From assembly GCA_001873375.1 (NCBI GenBank), contig MNZA01000129.1, forward strand, positions 1 to 52,737: a DNA stretch of 52,737 nt, given 5' to 3'. A program made the translations under genes and the position numbers. This DNA is from Oscillatoriales cyanobacterium CG2_30_44_21 (GTDB taxonomy: Bacteria; Cyanobacteriota; Cyanobacteriia; Pseudanabaenales; Pseudanabaenaceae). Numbering within the stretch: position 1 is the first letter of the stretch; the number at the start of each line of letters is the position of its first letter. Shown one piece after another: positions 30,273 to 40,297 of this stretch. Under the pieces are notes generated by a model that was not told the origin of the DNA, made no database searches, and was given only the letters and a program-made list of their open reading frames with translations.

Positions 30273-30962
30273 CTGCGCTTGCAGGGTTTCTAAAGATATT
30301 TGGCGCAACATGGCGGCGCGTTCATAAATTTGTTCTACCTGCAAATCAGGGCGATCGTCTGTTTCTAAAAGAAAACGACCCATTGGCACAGTAGCGATCG
30401 CCTCAACCATCTGTTGATCATGGTTTAAGATCGCCGCCCCAAATGAAAAATGAAATCCCTGTTCTAGCAATTGCTGAAATACAGCTTGCTTTTTGTGAAA
30501 TCCATGAATAATCCAAGGTATTAAGGGTTTGTGATTTTTCTTTAGCATAATCAACAGGTCAAAAGCCCTGACACAATGAATTACCAAAGGTTTCCGCAAA
30601 GATTCCGCCAATCGAATATGCTTTTCAAAAACTGCGATTTGTAGCTCCATCGGCACAGCCACATTGCGATCTAGTCCACATTCCCCGATCGCCACTACCT
30701 GCGAATAACTCGCTAATCTTTCTAAAGTCAGCCAAGCAGCTTCCCACAGATCATCTTTGATAAACCAAGGATGCAATCCCAAACTACACAGATTTGGCAA
30801 ATCCTGTGCTTCTAATTTCTGGTGGCGCGGCGGAGCCGCGCCACCAGAAATCGATTCTTCCAACTGCGGATTTACATCTACAGTTTGCAAATTGATTAAG
30901 TTAGGTGCTTGGCGATCGCGATGAGTGTGAAAGTCAATAAACATAGAGCAATTGCCAGTCAT
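30222..30962 (-). CDS. tatD: TatD family hydrolase
   Basis: IDFHTH, GLHPW, AIGECGLD, IHCVRA, IHGF, LETD. Confidence 0.9.
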   Translation of the reverse strand: MTGNCSMFIDFHTHRDRQAPNLINLQTVDVNPQLEESISGGAAPPRHQKLEAQDLPNLCSLGLHPWFIKDDLWEAAWLTLERLASYSQVVAIGECGLDRNVAVPMELQIAVFEKHIRLAESLRKPLVIHCVRAFDLLIMLKKNHKPLIPWIIHGFHKKQAVFQQLLEQGFHFSFGAAILNHDQQMVEAIATVPMGRFLLETDDRPDLQVEQIYERAAMLRQISLETLQAQLVKTYEQLTRLSGFGL

Positions 30963-31267
30963 TGCGGATGTAGTCGCGGATGCATCATGGTCGCGATCGG
31001 CTGATTGGCTAAAAGATGCGATTCAATTACTTTTTGCACTTTTTGAGGATTCATCCGCCAATAATAAACTTGATCGGGCAAGATCAACACCATTGGGCCA
31101 GATCCGCATAGTCCCAGACAGCCACAGGCTTCCACCGTTACATTTTCTACAACCTGTTGCTGTAAAACCCACAAAACTGGTTCCGCACCATCCTTGCGAC
31201 AGGTGCGGTATTGACAGACTAATACTCGGCGAGGCGAAGTTGCCTCTTCTGGGGGATTATCTAGCAT
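30959..31267 (-). CDS. Thioredoxin-like (2Fe-2S) ferredoxin domain protein
   Basis: VCQYRTCRKDGA...GCLGLCGSGPMV. Confidence 0.85.
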   Translation of the reverse strand: MLDNPPEEATSPRRVLVCQYRTCRKDGAEPVLWVLQQQVVENVTVEACGCLGLCGSGPMVLILPDQVYYWRMNPQKVQKVIESHLLANQPIATMMHPRLHPQ

Positions 31268-31283
31268 TATTCAAAAACTAAAT

Positions 31284-31736
31284 TTAGCGCACGATCAAAA
31301 CAGGTGAAGTGCTGTGATGTACCACATAGTCGCTGACACTTCCCAACATCATCCGTTCCACAGAACCCAATCCCCGCGAGCCAATGATTAGCAAATCGGG
31401 AGCCTCCTCGGTGACCACTCGACAAATTACATCGCGTGGTTGTCCTATCTCTAGTCTAGTGGTACAAGTTGCCTGCTCTTTCTCGCAAGTATCTTGAGCT
31501 TTTTGCAATAGAGCTTGCCCCGCTTTGAGAATTTTTTGTTCCAATTCCACATCAGGCAAGCCGCGCCAGCCCACCCAATCACCAGTGGGCATCATCACTT
31601 CAGGGACATAGCTGCTCAAAGGCTCAACTACAGTTAGCAAAACAATTTCAGCTTGCAAAGGAACTGCAAAGCTCAGAGCCTTATTAAGAGCGTGGTCACT
31701 TGCCTGAGAGCCATCAATAGAAACTAAAAATTTCAT
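31284..31736 (-). CDS. Universal stress protein
   Basis: LVSIDGS...IIGSRGLG...LGSVSDYVVHH..SPVLIVR. Confidence 0.93.
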   Translation of the reverse strand: MKFLVSIDGSQASDHALNKALSFAVPLQAEIVLLTVVEPLSSYVPEVMMPTGDWVGWRGLPDVELEQKILKAGQALLQKAQDTCEKEQATCTTRLEIGQPRDVICRVVTEEAPDLLIIGSRGLGSVERMMLGSVSDYVVHHSTSPVLIVR

Positions 31737-31780
31737 ATAATTAACGTAGGTTTAATAACAAGAATTAGTTGAGCATAATT

Positions 31781-31886
31781 TACGGCGCTTTGCGCTCAAA
31801 CCCGCACCATAAGAATAATTTTGAAAGCGTTGCTTCGCAATGCTTTCAAAATTATTCTTATGGCTCGTTTGATTGGCAATTGCTGT
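31781..31886. mobile_element. Family-2-related element with alternative right end
   Basis: TACGGCGCTTTGCGCT ... hairpin ... GCAATTGCTGTA. Confidence 0.6.
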
Positions 31887-32004
31887 AAAACCAAAGCCAA
31901 AAGCTATAGCTTTTGGGCTTTCATATTTAATTGCACTCAGACTTATACTGATGGTAGTCAACAAGTCGTAGATCTCATCTGTAGTTAATTTCTTTTAATA
32001 TTTC

Positions 32005-33012
32005 ATGACAACTGATATTCGCATTGGCTTTGCAAATTCTGTCGGTAATACCCCACTAATTGAAATAGAATCTTTGTCCGCAGCTACGGGTTGCACGATT
32101 TTAGGTAAAGCTGAATTTCTCAACCCTGGTGGTAGCGTTAAGGATCGGGCGGCTTTATATATGGTCTTAGAAGCAGAAAAAGCGGGAATTCTCAAAGCTG
32201 GCGGCACAATTGTGGAAGGGACGGCAGGAAATACGGGCATAGGTTTATCGCTGGTCGCCAATGCAAGGGGATATCGCAGTGTGATCGTCATGCCCAGCAA
32301 TCAATCGCCTGAAAAAATCGATTTGCTGCGGACATTAGGGGCGGAAGTTGAGTTGACTAATCCTGCGCCTTTTGCCAATCCCAATAATTACTATCATGTA
32401 GCTCGCCGTCGTGCTGAAGAAATCGAAAATGCTTTTTGGGCAAACCAGTTTGAGAATATTTCTAACTCTGAGGCGCACTATCAAACCACTGCTCCCGAAA
32501 TCTGGCGACAAACGGGTGAGAAGTTAGATGGCGTGGTGATGTCATCAGGCACGGGCGGCACAATTGGCGGCGTTACTGCCTATCTCAAGGAACAGAGTCC
32601 CCAAATTACGGCTTATTTGATTGATCCCACTGGTTCAGGACTTTACAGTTATGTGACCACAGGCGAATTTAAAGCTGAAGGTAATTCCATTACGGAAGGG
32701 ATTGGCATTAATCGCGCCACGGCTAACTTTAATCGAGCCAGACTAGATGGTGCTTTTCAGGGTAGCGATCGCCAAGTGATTGAAATGGCGCAATATCTCC
32801 TCAAGCATGATGGATTGTTCATTGGTAGTTCCGCTGCTTTAAATGTAGTCGGTGCGGTCAAGCTAGCCCGAAAACTAGGCAAAGGACATACGATCGCCAC
32901 GATTCTCTGCGACGGTGGTGGACGTTATCAAAGCCGAATGTATAACCCCGAATGGCTTGCCGAGAAAGGCTTAACGCCTGTAGCTAAGGGATTGGAGTTT
33001 ATTGATGACTAA
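32005..33012 (+). CDS. cysK: Cysteine synthase A
   Basis: VGNTPL, KAEFLNPGGSVKDR, GTAGNTG, GTGGT, EGIG. Confidence 0.92.
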   Translation: MTTDIRIGFANSVGNTPLIEIESLSAATGCTILGKAEFLNPGGSVKDRAALYMVLEAEKAGILKAGGTIVEGTAGNTGIGLSLVANARGYRSVIVMPSNQSPEKIDLLRTLGAEVELTNPAPFANPNNYYHVARRRAEEIENAFWANQFENISNSEAHYQTTAPEIWRQTGEKLDGVVMSSGTGGTIGGVTAYLKEQSPQITAYLIDPTGSGLYSYVTTGEFKAEGNSITEGIGINRATANFNRARLDGAFQGSDRQVIEMAQYLLKHDGLFIGSSAALNVVGAVKLARKLGKGHTIATILCDGGGRYQSRMYNPEWLAEKGLTPVAKGLEFIDD

Positions 33013-33448
33013 TACAATGCCAAACCCCAAAAAATATCGTTGTATTGGAGTCGGTGTTGTTTGGGATTGCGATCGCCACAAAATCCTGATTGATCGCCGC
33101 TTACCTGAAGGCGAACTTGCAGGATATTGGGAGTTCCCTGGGGGCAAGATCGAAGGGAGTGAAACTGCGGCTGAATGTATCAGGCGGGAACTTCAAGAAG
33201 AGTTGGCGATCGCGGTTGAGGTTGGCGATCACTTGATCACCGTTGATTTTGAGTACGAAACTTTGCGAGTTAGCCTGATAGTGCATCACTGCACTATCAC
33301 TTCAGGTGAGCCACAGGCGATCGCCTGTTCTGAAATTCATTGGGTAACGGTTGAGCAACTCGACAGCTATCAACTCCCAGCCGCCAACTATGAAATTGTC
33401 CGAGCCTTAAAGGAGTGGCTCGGCAACGAAACCCAAGAAAAAATATGA
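33005..33448 (+). CDS. mutT: 8-oxo-dGTP diphosphatase (NUDIX)
   Basis: WEFPGGKIE..ETAAECIRRELQEEL Nudix box, LPAAN. Confidence 0.88.
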   Translation: MTNTMPNPKKYRCIGVGVVWDCDRHKILIDRRLPEGELAGYWEFPGGKIEGSETAAECIRRELQEELAIAVEVGDHLITVDFEYETLRVSLIVHHCTITSGEPQAIACSEIHWVTVEQLDSYQLPAANYEIVRALKEWLGNETQEKI

Positions 33449-33548
33449 AAGTGATGCTTCGCAACACTTTCATATTTTTTCTTGGGTTGGGAATCAGCGC
33501 AAAGCGCTGTAAAAATTAAATTGCATATAACAAGGATCAAAACTACTG

Positions 33549-34058
33549 ATGGAAGAGATCAGTGCCGAGCTACTAGCATCGCAACTATATCAACAGGGAC
33601 TCAGCAACTTTGAGAGCGGTAACTATCAACAGGCGATCGCCCTATTAGAACGCGCCCAAAACCTAACCGCCGCCGACTCAAACTTGGGCGGTGAAATCTT
33701 AATTTGGCTAGCCAATTCCTACGATGCCACAGGCAAGACTGAACAGGCGATCGCCCTCTGCCGCACCCTCAAAAAACATCCCACTGGCTCCGTGCGCAAG
33801 TCCGCCCGATATATGTTGGGCATTTTGACTGCGCCGCAACTCTCCAAACTCGAAGGCGTAATATCCGAAGTCCCAATTTTAGAATCTCCCGACAGCTATC
33901 AATCCAAACCGATCGCCAATACCAAGCCACGCTCAACTAGTCAAAAACCTTTTCGCGAAATTCCCCTGCAAAAGCCAGTATCAGATAGCCAAAATAATTT
34001 CCTATGGTTTGCGATCGCTATTTCTCTAATCTCTCTAATCGTTTGGTACGCGCTTTAA
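33549..34058 (+). CDS. TPR protein with C-terminal membrane anchor
   Basis: YQQG...GNYQQAIALLE; hydrophobic C-terminus. Confidence 0.8.
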   Translation: MEEISAELLASQLYQQGLSNFESGNYQQAIALLERAQNLTAADSNLGGEILIWLANSYDATGKTEQAIALCRTLKKHPTGSVRKSARYMLGILTAPQLSKLEGVISEVPILESPDSYQSKPIANTKPRSTSQKPFREIPLQKPVSDSQNNFLWFAIAISLISLIVWYAL

Positions 34059-34383
34059 GCTAAACATCGCTTCAGTAATTACAGCCTATTGAGGCTTTAA
34101 TTACTGAAGCGATGTATACCGATGGCTGAGGGAAGTCGACGTCCCTCCCGTCATCATTCTTTTGGGCTTAAATAATAATGGTTTCCTGACAGTTGCCACC
34201 CTATTGTTATCAAAGCATTACCGTAATCGTTTAAGACATTGTTAAATTTATACTTTGTTCAGAATAGCTACAATCCTGTCTATCCAAAGCTTTAAGTTGA
34301 ATTTAATCAAGAAATCGACCCTTCTATAATTTGTTTATTAATAAAAATTTTTTCTTCAATTTTGGCAAAGCCAAATTAAAAAC

Positions 34384-34665
34384 ATGAATTCTTCAGGTAG
34401 TTCCATCGTAGCTTGTCGATTTTGTCGATACTACCAACCCCAAGGGCGAAGAGGCGGTTCCTGTGAAAAGCTAGATGTTCACGTTGCCGCCACTTGGCAA
34501 GCCTGTAGCTTGGCTGTCCATCCCTTTGAAATGTCTTGGCAAACTGGCGAATTAAAACACTTTTTTCAAGAATCTTTTAATGACAATCTCACCGTCGTCA
34601 GCGCAAAAGCAATCGAAATTCAAGATGTCAAATCGCGATCGCGCATTCTGTCAGAAGCTATATAA
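34384..34665 (+). CDS. Small Cys-containing hypothetical protein
   Basis: CRFCRYYQPQGRRGGSC...W.ACSLA.HPF. Confidence 0.75.
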   Translation: MNSSGSSIVACRFCRYYQPQGRRGGSCEKLDVHVAATWQACSLAVHPFEMSWQTGELKHFFQESFNDNLTVVSAKAIEIQDVKSRSRILSEAI

Positions 34666-34975
34666 GCAAAACCCAAAAGATTCTGAGCAGTGCTTCGCAC
34701 TGCTCAGAATCTTTTGCATAAATGAGTGATCCCAATTCACAAAAGTGTGACTACACTTTTGTGAATTAAAAACCAAAACCAGTATGGGTTTCCAAGTAAA
34801 GAAATGACTACGTCATTTCTTTACTTGGTATGATGACGCTCCGCGCCGCAAGTCAGGAAATAGCTAGGCACAATTGGATAAAGGCTGATTCGCCAGCTTC
34901 GCTGGCGAATCAGCCTTTTGGGTTTCCGCTTAGGTAAGATGGTAAATGTCTAAAATTTATTTTTCGTAAATTAAA

Positions 34976-36499
34976 GTGCTAGCAAGAGTCTGGAGCGCGT
35001 CCATTTTAGGTATCGAGGCAGTCCAAGTAGGCGTAGAAGTAGATGTCTCAGGAGGACTACCAGGGATCACCCTAGTCGGATTGCCTGATACAGCCGTCCA
35101 AGAGAGTCGAGAGCGCGTCAAAGCCGCCATCAAAAATGCTGGTTATGCCTTCCCGATGCGTAAAATCGTGATCAACCTCACCCCCGCTGACCTTCGCAAA
35201 GAAGGACCCATTTTTGACTTACCCATCAGCATTGGCATCCTCGCCGCTTCTGAACAAGTCGATCCCCAACTATTAGGAGATCATCTATTTCTTGGCGAAG
35301 TATCCCTGGATGGCTCCCTCAGACCCGTATCGGGAGTATTACCGATCGCCGCCGCCGCTCAAAAGTTAGGCATGGTGGGCATCATCGTCCCTAAAGAAAA
35401 TGCCCAAGAAGCGGCTCTGGTTAAAGGCTTAGCCGTTTACGGATTGCAGACAATCACCGAAGTTGGCAACTTTTTGGCAAACCCCGAAAAGTATCAACCA
35501 GAAGTCGCTAACCCCAATATTAAATGGCAAGAAAATGAATTTAAGCTAGACCTCAAAGATGTCAAAGGTCAGCAGCAAGCCCGTCGCGCCCTCGAGATCG
35601 CGGCAGCAGGTGGGCACAACCTCATTTTTGTGGGTCCTCCAGGTTCAGGCAAAACCTTACTGGCAAGGCGATTGCCCAGCATTCTGCCCAATATGAGCTT
35701 TGACGAAGCCCTCGAAGTAACCCGCATCCATTCGGTCGCAGGCTTAATGAAAGGCAAGGGATTAATTCGCGATCGTCCCTTTCGCAGCCCCCACCATTCC
35801 GCCTCAGGACCTTCACTGGTAGGCGGCGGCAGCTTCCCCCGTCCTGGGGAGATCACCCTAGCCACAAACGGGATCTTATTTTTGGACGAACTAACCGAGT
35901 TTAAAAGGGATGTACTTGAGTTCCTGCGCCAACCCCTAGAAGATGGCTTTGTCAGCATTTCCCGCACCCGTCAGTCTGTCACCTTCCCAGCCCAGTTTAC
36001 ATTGGTTGCCAGCACAAATCCTTGCCAGTGCGGCTATTACGGCGATACTGTCCAGCCTTGCACCTGCACACCTCGCCAACGAGAGCAATATTGGGCAAAA
36101 CTATCAGGCCCCCTGATGGATCGCATTGATTTACAGGTAAATGTCGCCAGACTCAAGCCTGAAGAAATGACGCGATCGCCAGAGGGTGAAAACTCCAGTG
36201 CCGTCAAAGCAAGAGTGGAAACTTCGCGGCAACTTCAACAAGCTCGATTTCAGGGAGAGAGCAGAGTAAATTGCAATGCTCAGATGCAATCGCGGCATTT
36301 ACGGCGATGGTGTCAACTTGACGAAGCTTCTCGCAACTTATTAGAAGCTGCAATCAAGCGTTTAGGCTTGTCAGCCAGAGCCACTGATCGCATTCTCAAA
36401 GTTGCACGAACCATTGCCGATCTGGCTAGTTGTCAGGATATTCAAGTTATGCACATTGCCGAAGCAGTGCAGTATCGCACCCTAGACCGCGCCACATAA
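34976..36499 (+). CDS. comM: YifB/ComM family Mg-chelatase-like AAA+ ATPase
   Basis: VGLPD.AVQESRERV, GPPGSGKT, RSPHH, FLDE, DRIDL. Confidence 0.93.
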   Translation: MLARVWSASILGIEAVQVGVEVDVSGGLPGITLVGLPDTAVQESRERVKAAIKNAGYAFPMRKIVINLTPADLRKEGPIFDLPISIGILAASEQVDPQLLGDHLFLGEVSLDGSLRPVSGVLPIAAAAQKLGMVGIIVPKENAQEAALVKGLAVYGLQTITEVGNFLANPEKYQPEVANPNIKWQENEFKLDLKDVKGQQQARRALEIAAAGGHNLIFVGPPGSGKTLLARRLPSILPNMSFDEALEVTRIHSVAGLMKGKGLIRDRPFRSPHHSASGPSLVGGGSFPRPGEITLATNGILFLDELTEFKRDVLEFLRQPLEDGFVSISRTRQSVTFPAQFTLVASTNPCQCGYYGDTVQPCTCTPRQREQYWAKLSGPLMDRIDLQVNVARLKPEEMTRSPEGENSSAVKARVETSRQLQQARFQGESRVNCNAQMQSRHLRRWCQLDEASRNLLEAAIKRLGLSARATDRILKVARTIADLASCQDIQVMHIAEAVQYRTLDRAT

Positions 36500-36729
36500 T
36501 TTGATACTTGCCACGCTCTCGGCATGACAAGCATCACATCCAAAAGAGCCATTACTCTTTTGGATGTGATCATGATTATTTAGCCATGAAAAGCCCTATA
36601 CATGGTATTTTGTGTCTTGACTTTCAGCTTCAACCTACTGCCCATGAGTCTAATCAGACTAAAATTACAGGTAAATCCCTAATTTGAGTGAGCTAGAAAA
36701 GTGAAAGCACCCTATCGAGGCATTCATGT

Positions 36730-37098
36730 ATGAGTACAGTTTTGGTGGTCGAAGACAGTGTTACACAGAGGGAAATGATTGAAGATTTGTTGATCGGTAG
36801 TGGCTTAAAGGTCAAAACTGCGGGTGATGGGGTAGAAGCTCTAGAACAAATGCAAGGCAACTGCCCAGACATAATCGTTATGGATATTGTCATGCCCCGC
36901 ATGAATGGATACGAGCTATGCCGTAGGATTAAAACTGACCCTAAAACTGAGCGAATTCCCGTGGTGATGTGTTCATCTAAGGGTGAAGAATTTGATCGCT
37001 ACTGGGGGATGAAACAAGGAGCTGATGCCTATATCTCCAAGCCCTTTCAGCCTCAAGAGCTAGTTGGTACTGTCAAGCAGTTACTGAGAAAAGCTTAG
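36730..37098 (+). CDS. pilH: CheY-like response regulator (PilH/HmpB type)
   Basis: VVEDS, MDIVMPRMNGY, DRYWGMKQGADAYI.KPF. Confidence 0.88.
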   Translation: MSTVLVVEDSVTQREMIEDLLIGSGLKVKTAGDGVEALEQMQGNCPDIIVMDIVMPRMNGYELCRRIKTDPKTERIPVVMCSSKGEEFDRYWGMKQGADAYISKPFQPQELVGTVKQLLRKA

Positions 37099-37242
37099 TA
37101 ATTTCGATCAGTACCGTAAAGGTATCAATAATTCTTGATCATTTTACGTCTGTTCGTTACTATCATTGCTTTAAGATTTCCCAAAGTTCAAACTTAATGA
37201 CACCCAAAATTTGCAATCTTGCAAGGTAGAGCTTTTCAGATT

Positions 37243-37770
37243 ATGGCAGGAAAACAGGATTTCTTCCCCGGTATCAATCAAGATCAAACAACCGACTTTG
37301 AGCAAGGACTCGAAGCGCCAGAAGGTGAGTTGCACCTAAGATTTTTTGTGGCTTCTGGAATTGAGTTTGCCTTGCCCGCCATTGGAGTTAGTCAAGTTAT
37401 AGAATATGCTCCTGATCGCATCAACCCAATGCCCAATGTGTCACCATTACTATTGGGTACTGTTAATATACGGGGTAGAGTAGTTTGGGTCGGAGATCTT
37501 GGTCAGTTTTTAGGCGAGTCGCCCCCAGTTAACACAGACCGCTCAGAAGTTTCTATCATTGCGATCGAAGATCAGGGCATGATGCTGGGGTTGGCAGTGG
37601 AGCAGATTGGGGTCATGGCTTGGCTAGACTCTGCCCAACTTAGTGGCTCACGCAATAGCTCCGATAGCATGGCTCCATTTATCAAAGGTGAATGGGTGAT
37701 GGAAGACAGCGAGCCGCTCAAGTTGCTCGACCAAGTTAATATCTTACGCTCAGCCCGATGGGCTTCATAA
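37243..37770 (+). CDS. pilI: CheW adaptor (PilI/HmpC type)
   Basis: PMPNVSPLLLGTVNIRGRVVWVGDL. Confidence 0.85.
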   Translation: MAGKQDFFPGINQDQTTDFEQGLEAPEGELHLRFFVASGIEFALPAIGVSQVIEYAPDRINPMPNVSPLLLGTVNIRGRVVWVGDLGQFLGESPPVNTDRSEVSIIAIEDQGMMLGLAVEQIGVMAWLDSAQLSGSRNSSDSMAPFIKGEWVMEDSEPLKLLDQVNILRSARWAS

Positions 37771-37941
37771 GGTGAGTCCCATAGGGATTAGACTATATAA
37801 ATAAATATGTAGAAACAATTTTTGATTTTTTGTGTTGAGTGCAGGGCTAAGAACATTAAAGTTGAATGCAGATGAGTCCCAAGATAATTTCGGTTTACCA
37901 GCAAATATTTTAGGTTTTTTAGGGTTCTTAGGAGAAAGCAA

Positions 37942-40242
37942 ATGGCATCAAGTACACAGTATCAAAAAGAATACGAAAAGGCTTCCCTAGCCTATATGCA
38001 AGGTGATTATAGCCAAGCTGCACAGGTTACCGAGCAACTTGTGCAAGGATGCCCTAACGATCCAATGTACCGATTACTCCATGCCCATATTAACCTCGCC
38101 CTAGAACGATACAAAGACTCAATTGGTGAATATGAAATTGTCCTGCAATTAACCAACGATAGTTCGATTCTTGAATATGCTCACAGTGGCATCGCAGCAG
38201 CCAAAGAAAGACTCGATTATAGTAATGACTCTTATGGCAATAGTGGCTTAGACGAAGCCGACGATAAGTTTGATGGTCAACCATATGAAGAACATGGCAA
38301 CAATTATGCTCAGGAGTCGTGGCAGCAAAATATGCAAAGCCCTGCTGCTGCAACATTAGACTTTGAAGACTTTAGCGAAGCCGCTTCTTCCAATGGCTCT
38401 TATGGCTATTCATCGGCATCTCAGGGGGGCAGCGCCGATTTTAGTTCTGGATATCAATCGAGTGGTGTAGATTCTCAGAGCGACTCCGATGTCATGTTTA
38501 TGGATGAATTCGATGACTTTGATGATCTCAATGAGTCCTCATTTTCTAGCTCTTTTAGTGACTCTGAGGCAACGCAAATGGTCTCCAGCCAGTCATTTGC
38601 TAACTTTGATCAAGATTTTTCTACTTCGGTTGGTCGGAACAATACAACTGCTGTCGCCACAAGTGACATGACCACTGGTCGATTTGACCCACCCAGTAAT
38701 GAAGCCGAATTTTTTCAGTTAGGGTCAATTAATAGTACAACATCGAGTGGTCGATCTGGGGGGGAGGTAGTTGCGGATGTGACGGAACAAGGGGGAGTAT
38801 TTTCACCCTTTGATAATATGCCGTTGAAAACTAAAAATGTGATTACCGCGATCGCCGCAGGCGTGGTGGCAGTAATTGCGGCGGGGGTAGTGACCAACTT
38901 TGCCACAGGCACAATCAAAGAGGCAAGTCAGCGCGAACAAATACGCAATACGGGCTGGATGATGGCTAGCGCGGCGGCGCTGGGGAGTGGGTTTGTGGCT
39001 TGGGGCTTGGGCAAGCGATCGTCTAGGTTTATTGAGCAGTCAACCGAAAACTTGCAAGCCCAGTTTGACGCAGTAATTCGCGGTGACATGAGTCCGCGAG
39101 CTTCCGTATATAGCGAAGATGATCTTGGTAAGCTAGCGGCAAGCTTTAACCAAATGATTCAATCGATTGTATTAAATACAACTGAAGCTCAACGTAAAGC
39201 TGCCGAACAAGAACAAGCTAAAGAAGATTTGCAGCGTCAGGTAATCCGCTTGTTAGATGACGTAGAAGGGGCAGCGCGAGGAGACTTGACTGTGCAAGCT
39301 GAGGTAACAGCCGATGTGCTGGGTGCGGTTGCCGACTCATTTAACCTCACCATTCAGAACTTGAGAGAAATTGTTAACCAAGTAAAAATTGCCGCCCGCC
39401 AGGTTAACGACAGTTCTCGTGAAAATGAAGCCTTTGCCCGCAGTTTATCTTCAGACGCATTACGTCAAGCCGAAGAATTAAGCGTCACCTTGAATTCGGT
39501 GCAAATGATGACCGAATCGATTCAACGGGTAGCCGAAAGCGCTCGACAAGCCGATCAAGTTGCCAAGCTCGCATCAGAAACGGCGATCAAGGGCGGCGAG
39601 GCGGTAGAACGCACTGTTGCAGGTATTATGGACATCCGCGAAACTGTTGCCGAAACCACTCGCAAGGTGAAACGACTGGGCGAGTCTTCGCAGGAGATTT
39701 CTAAAATTGTGAGTTTAATTTCTTCGATCGCCTCCCGAACCAACTTACTCGCGCTTAACGCCAGTATTGAAGCAGCGAGAGCAGGCGATGCAGGTCGGGG
39801 ATTTGCGATCGTGGCAGACGAAGTGCGACAGCTAGCTGATCGGGCGGCGAAAGCATCTAAGGAAATCGAGCAAATTGTGTTGCAAATTCAGAGTGAAACG
39901 AGTAATGTGCAACAAGCGATGGAAGTAGGGACTCAACAGGTTATCGATGGCACAAAGCGTGCTGAACAAGCCCGTCAGTCACTTACGGACATTATCCAAG
40001 TTTCTCACCGCATCGAAACCCTCGTATTATCGATTACCGAAGATACGGTTAAGCAAACTGAGACTTCCAGAACAGTGTCACAGGTTATGCAGTCGGTCGA
40101 GTTAACCGCACAGGAAACCTCGCAAGAGTCGCAACGAGTGTCCGCTTCCCTCCAAAATCTGGTGGGTGTGGCTCGTAGTCTACAGGATTCTGTAGAGCGA
40201 TTTCGCGTTGATTCGGGTGATAAGACGGCGGGAGGTCGTTAG
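37942..40242 (+). CDS. pilJ: MCP with N-terminal TPR and HAMP (PilJ/HmpD type)
   Basis: [34 protein letters not shown]; two TM segments. Confidence 0.9.
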   Translation: MASSTQYQKEYEKASLAYMQGDYSQAAQVTEQLVQGCPNDPMYRLLHAHINLALERYKDSIGEYEIVLQLTNDSSILEYAHSGIAAAKERLDYSNDSYGNSGLDEADDKFDGQPYEEHGNNYAQESWQQNMQSPAAATLDFEDFSEAASSNGSYGYSSASQGGSADFSSGYQSSGVDSQSDSDVMFMDEFDDFDDLNESSFSSSFSDSEATQMVSSQSFANFDQDFSTSVGRNNTTAVATSDMTTGRFDPPSNEAEFFQLGSINSTTSSGRSGGEVVADVTEQGGVFSPFDNMPLKTKNVITAIAAGVVAVIAAGVVTNFATGTIKEASQREQIRNTGWMMASAAALGSGFVAWGLGKRSSRFIEQSTENLQAQFDAVIRGDMSPRASVYSEDDLGKLAASFNQMIQSIVLNTTEAQRKAAEQEQAKEDLQRQVIRLLDDVEGAARGDLTVQAEVTADVLGAVADSFNLTIQNLREIVNQVKIAARQVNDSSRENEAFARSLSSDALRQAEELSVTLNSVQMMTESIQRVAESARQADQVAKLASETAIKGGEAVERTVAGIMDIRETVAETTRKVKRLGESSQEISKIVSLISSIASRTNLLALNASIEAARAGDAGRGFAIVADEVRQLADRAAKASKEIEQIVLQIQSETSNVQQAMEVGTQQVIDGTKRAEQARQSLTDIIQVSHRIETLVLSITEDTVKQTETSRTVSQVMQSVELTAQETSQESQRVSASLQNLVGVARSLQDSVERFRVDSGDKTAGGR

Positions 40243-40297
40243 AATTATCGCCTCTAGCTTCAGCTACTAATACCCTAATCTTTGAGAGGAGCCTGTC

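Noticed and set aside
34122-34155. Hairpin gatggctgaggga...tccctcccgtcatc as an IS200/IS605 end or ncRNA
   Set aside because: Single short copy with no tnpA/tnpB nearby; insufficient support.
1432-34925. CRISPR array
   Set aside because: The repeats are dispersed palindromes without regular spacers, and no cas genes are present.
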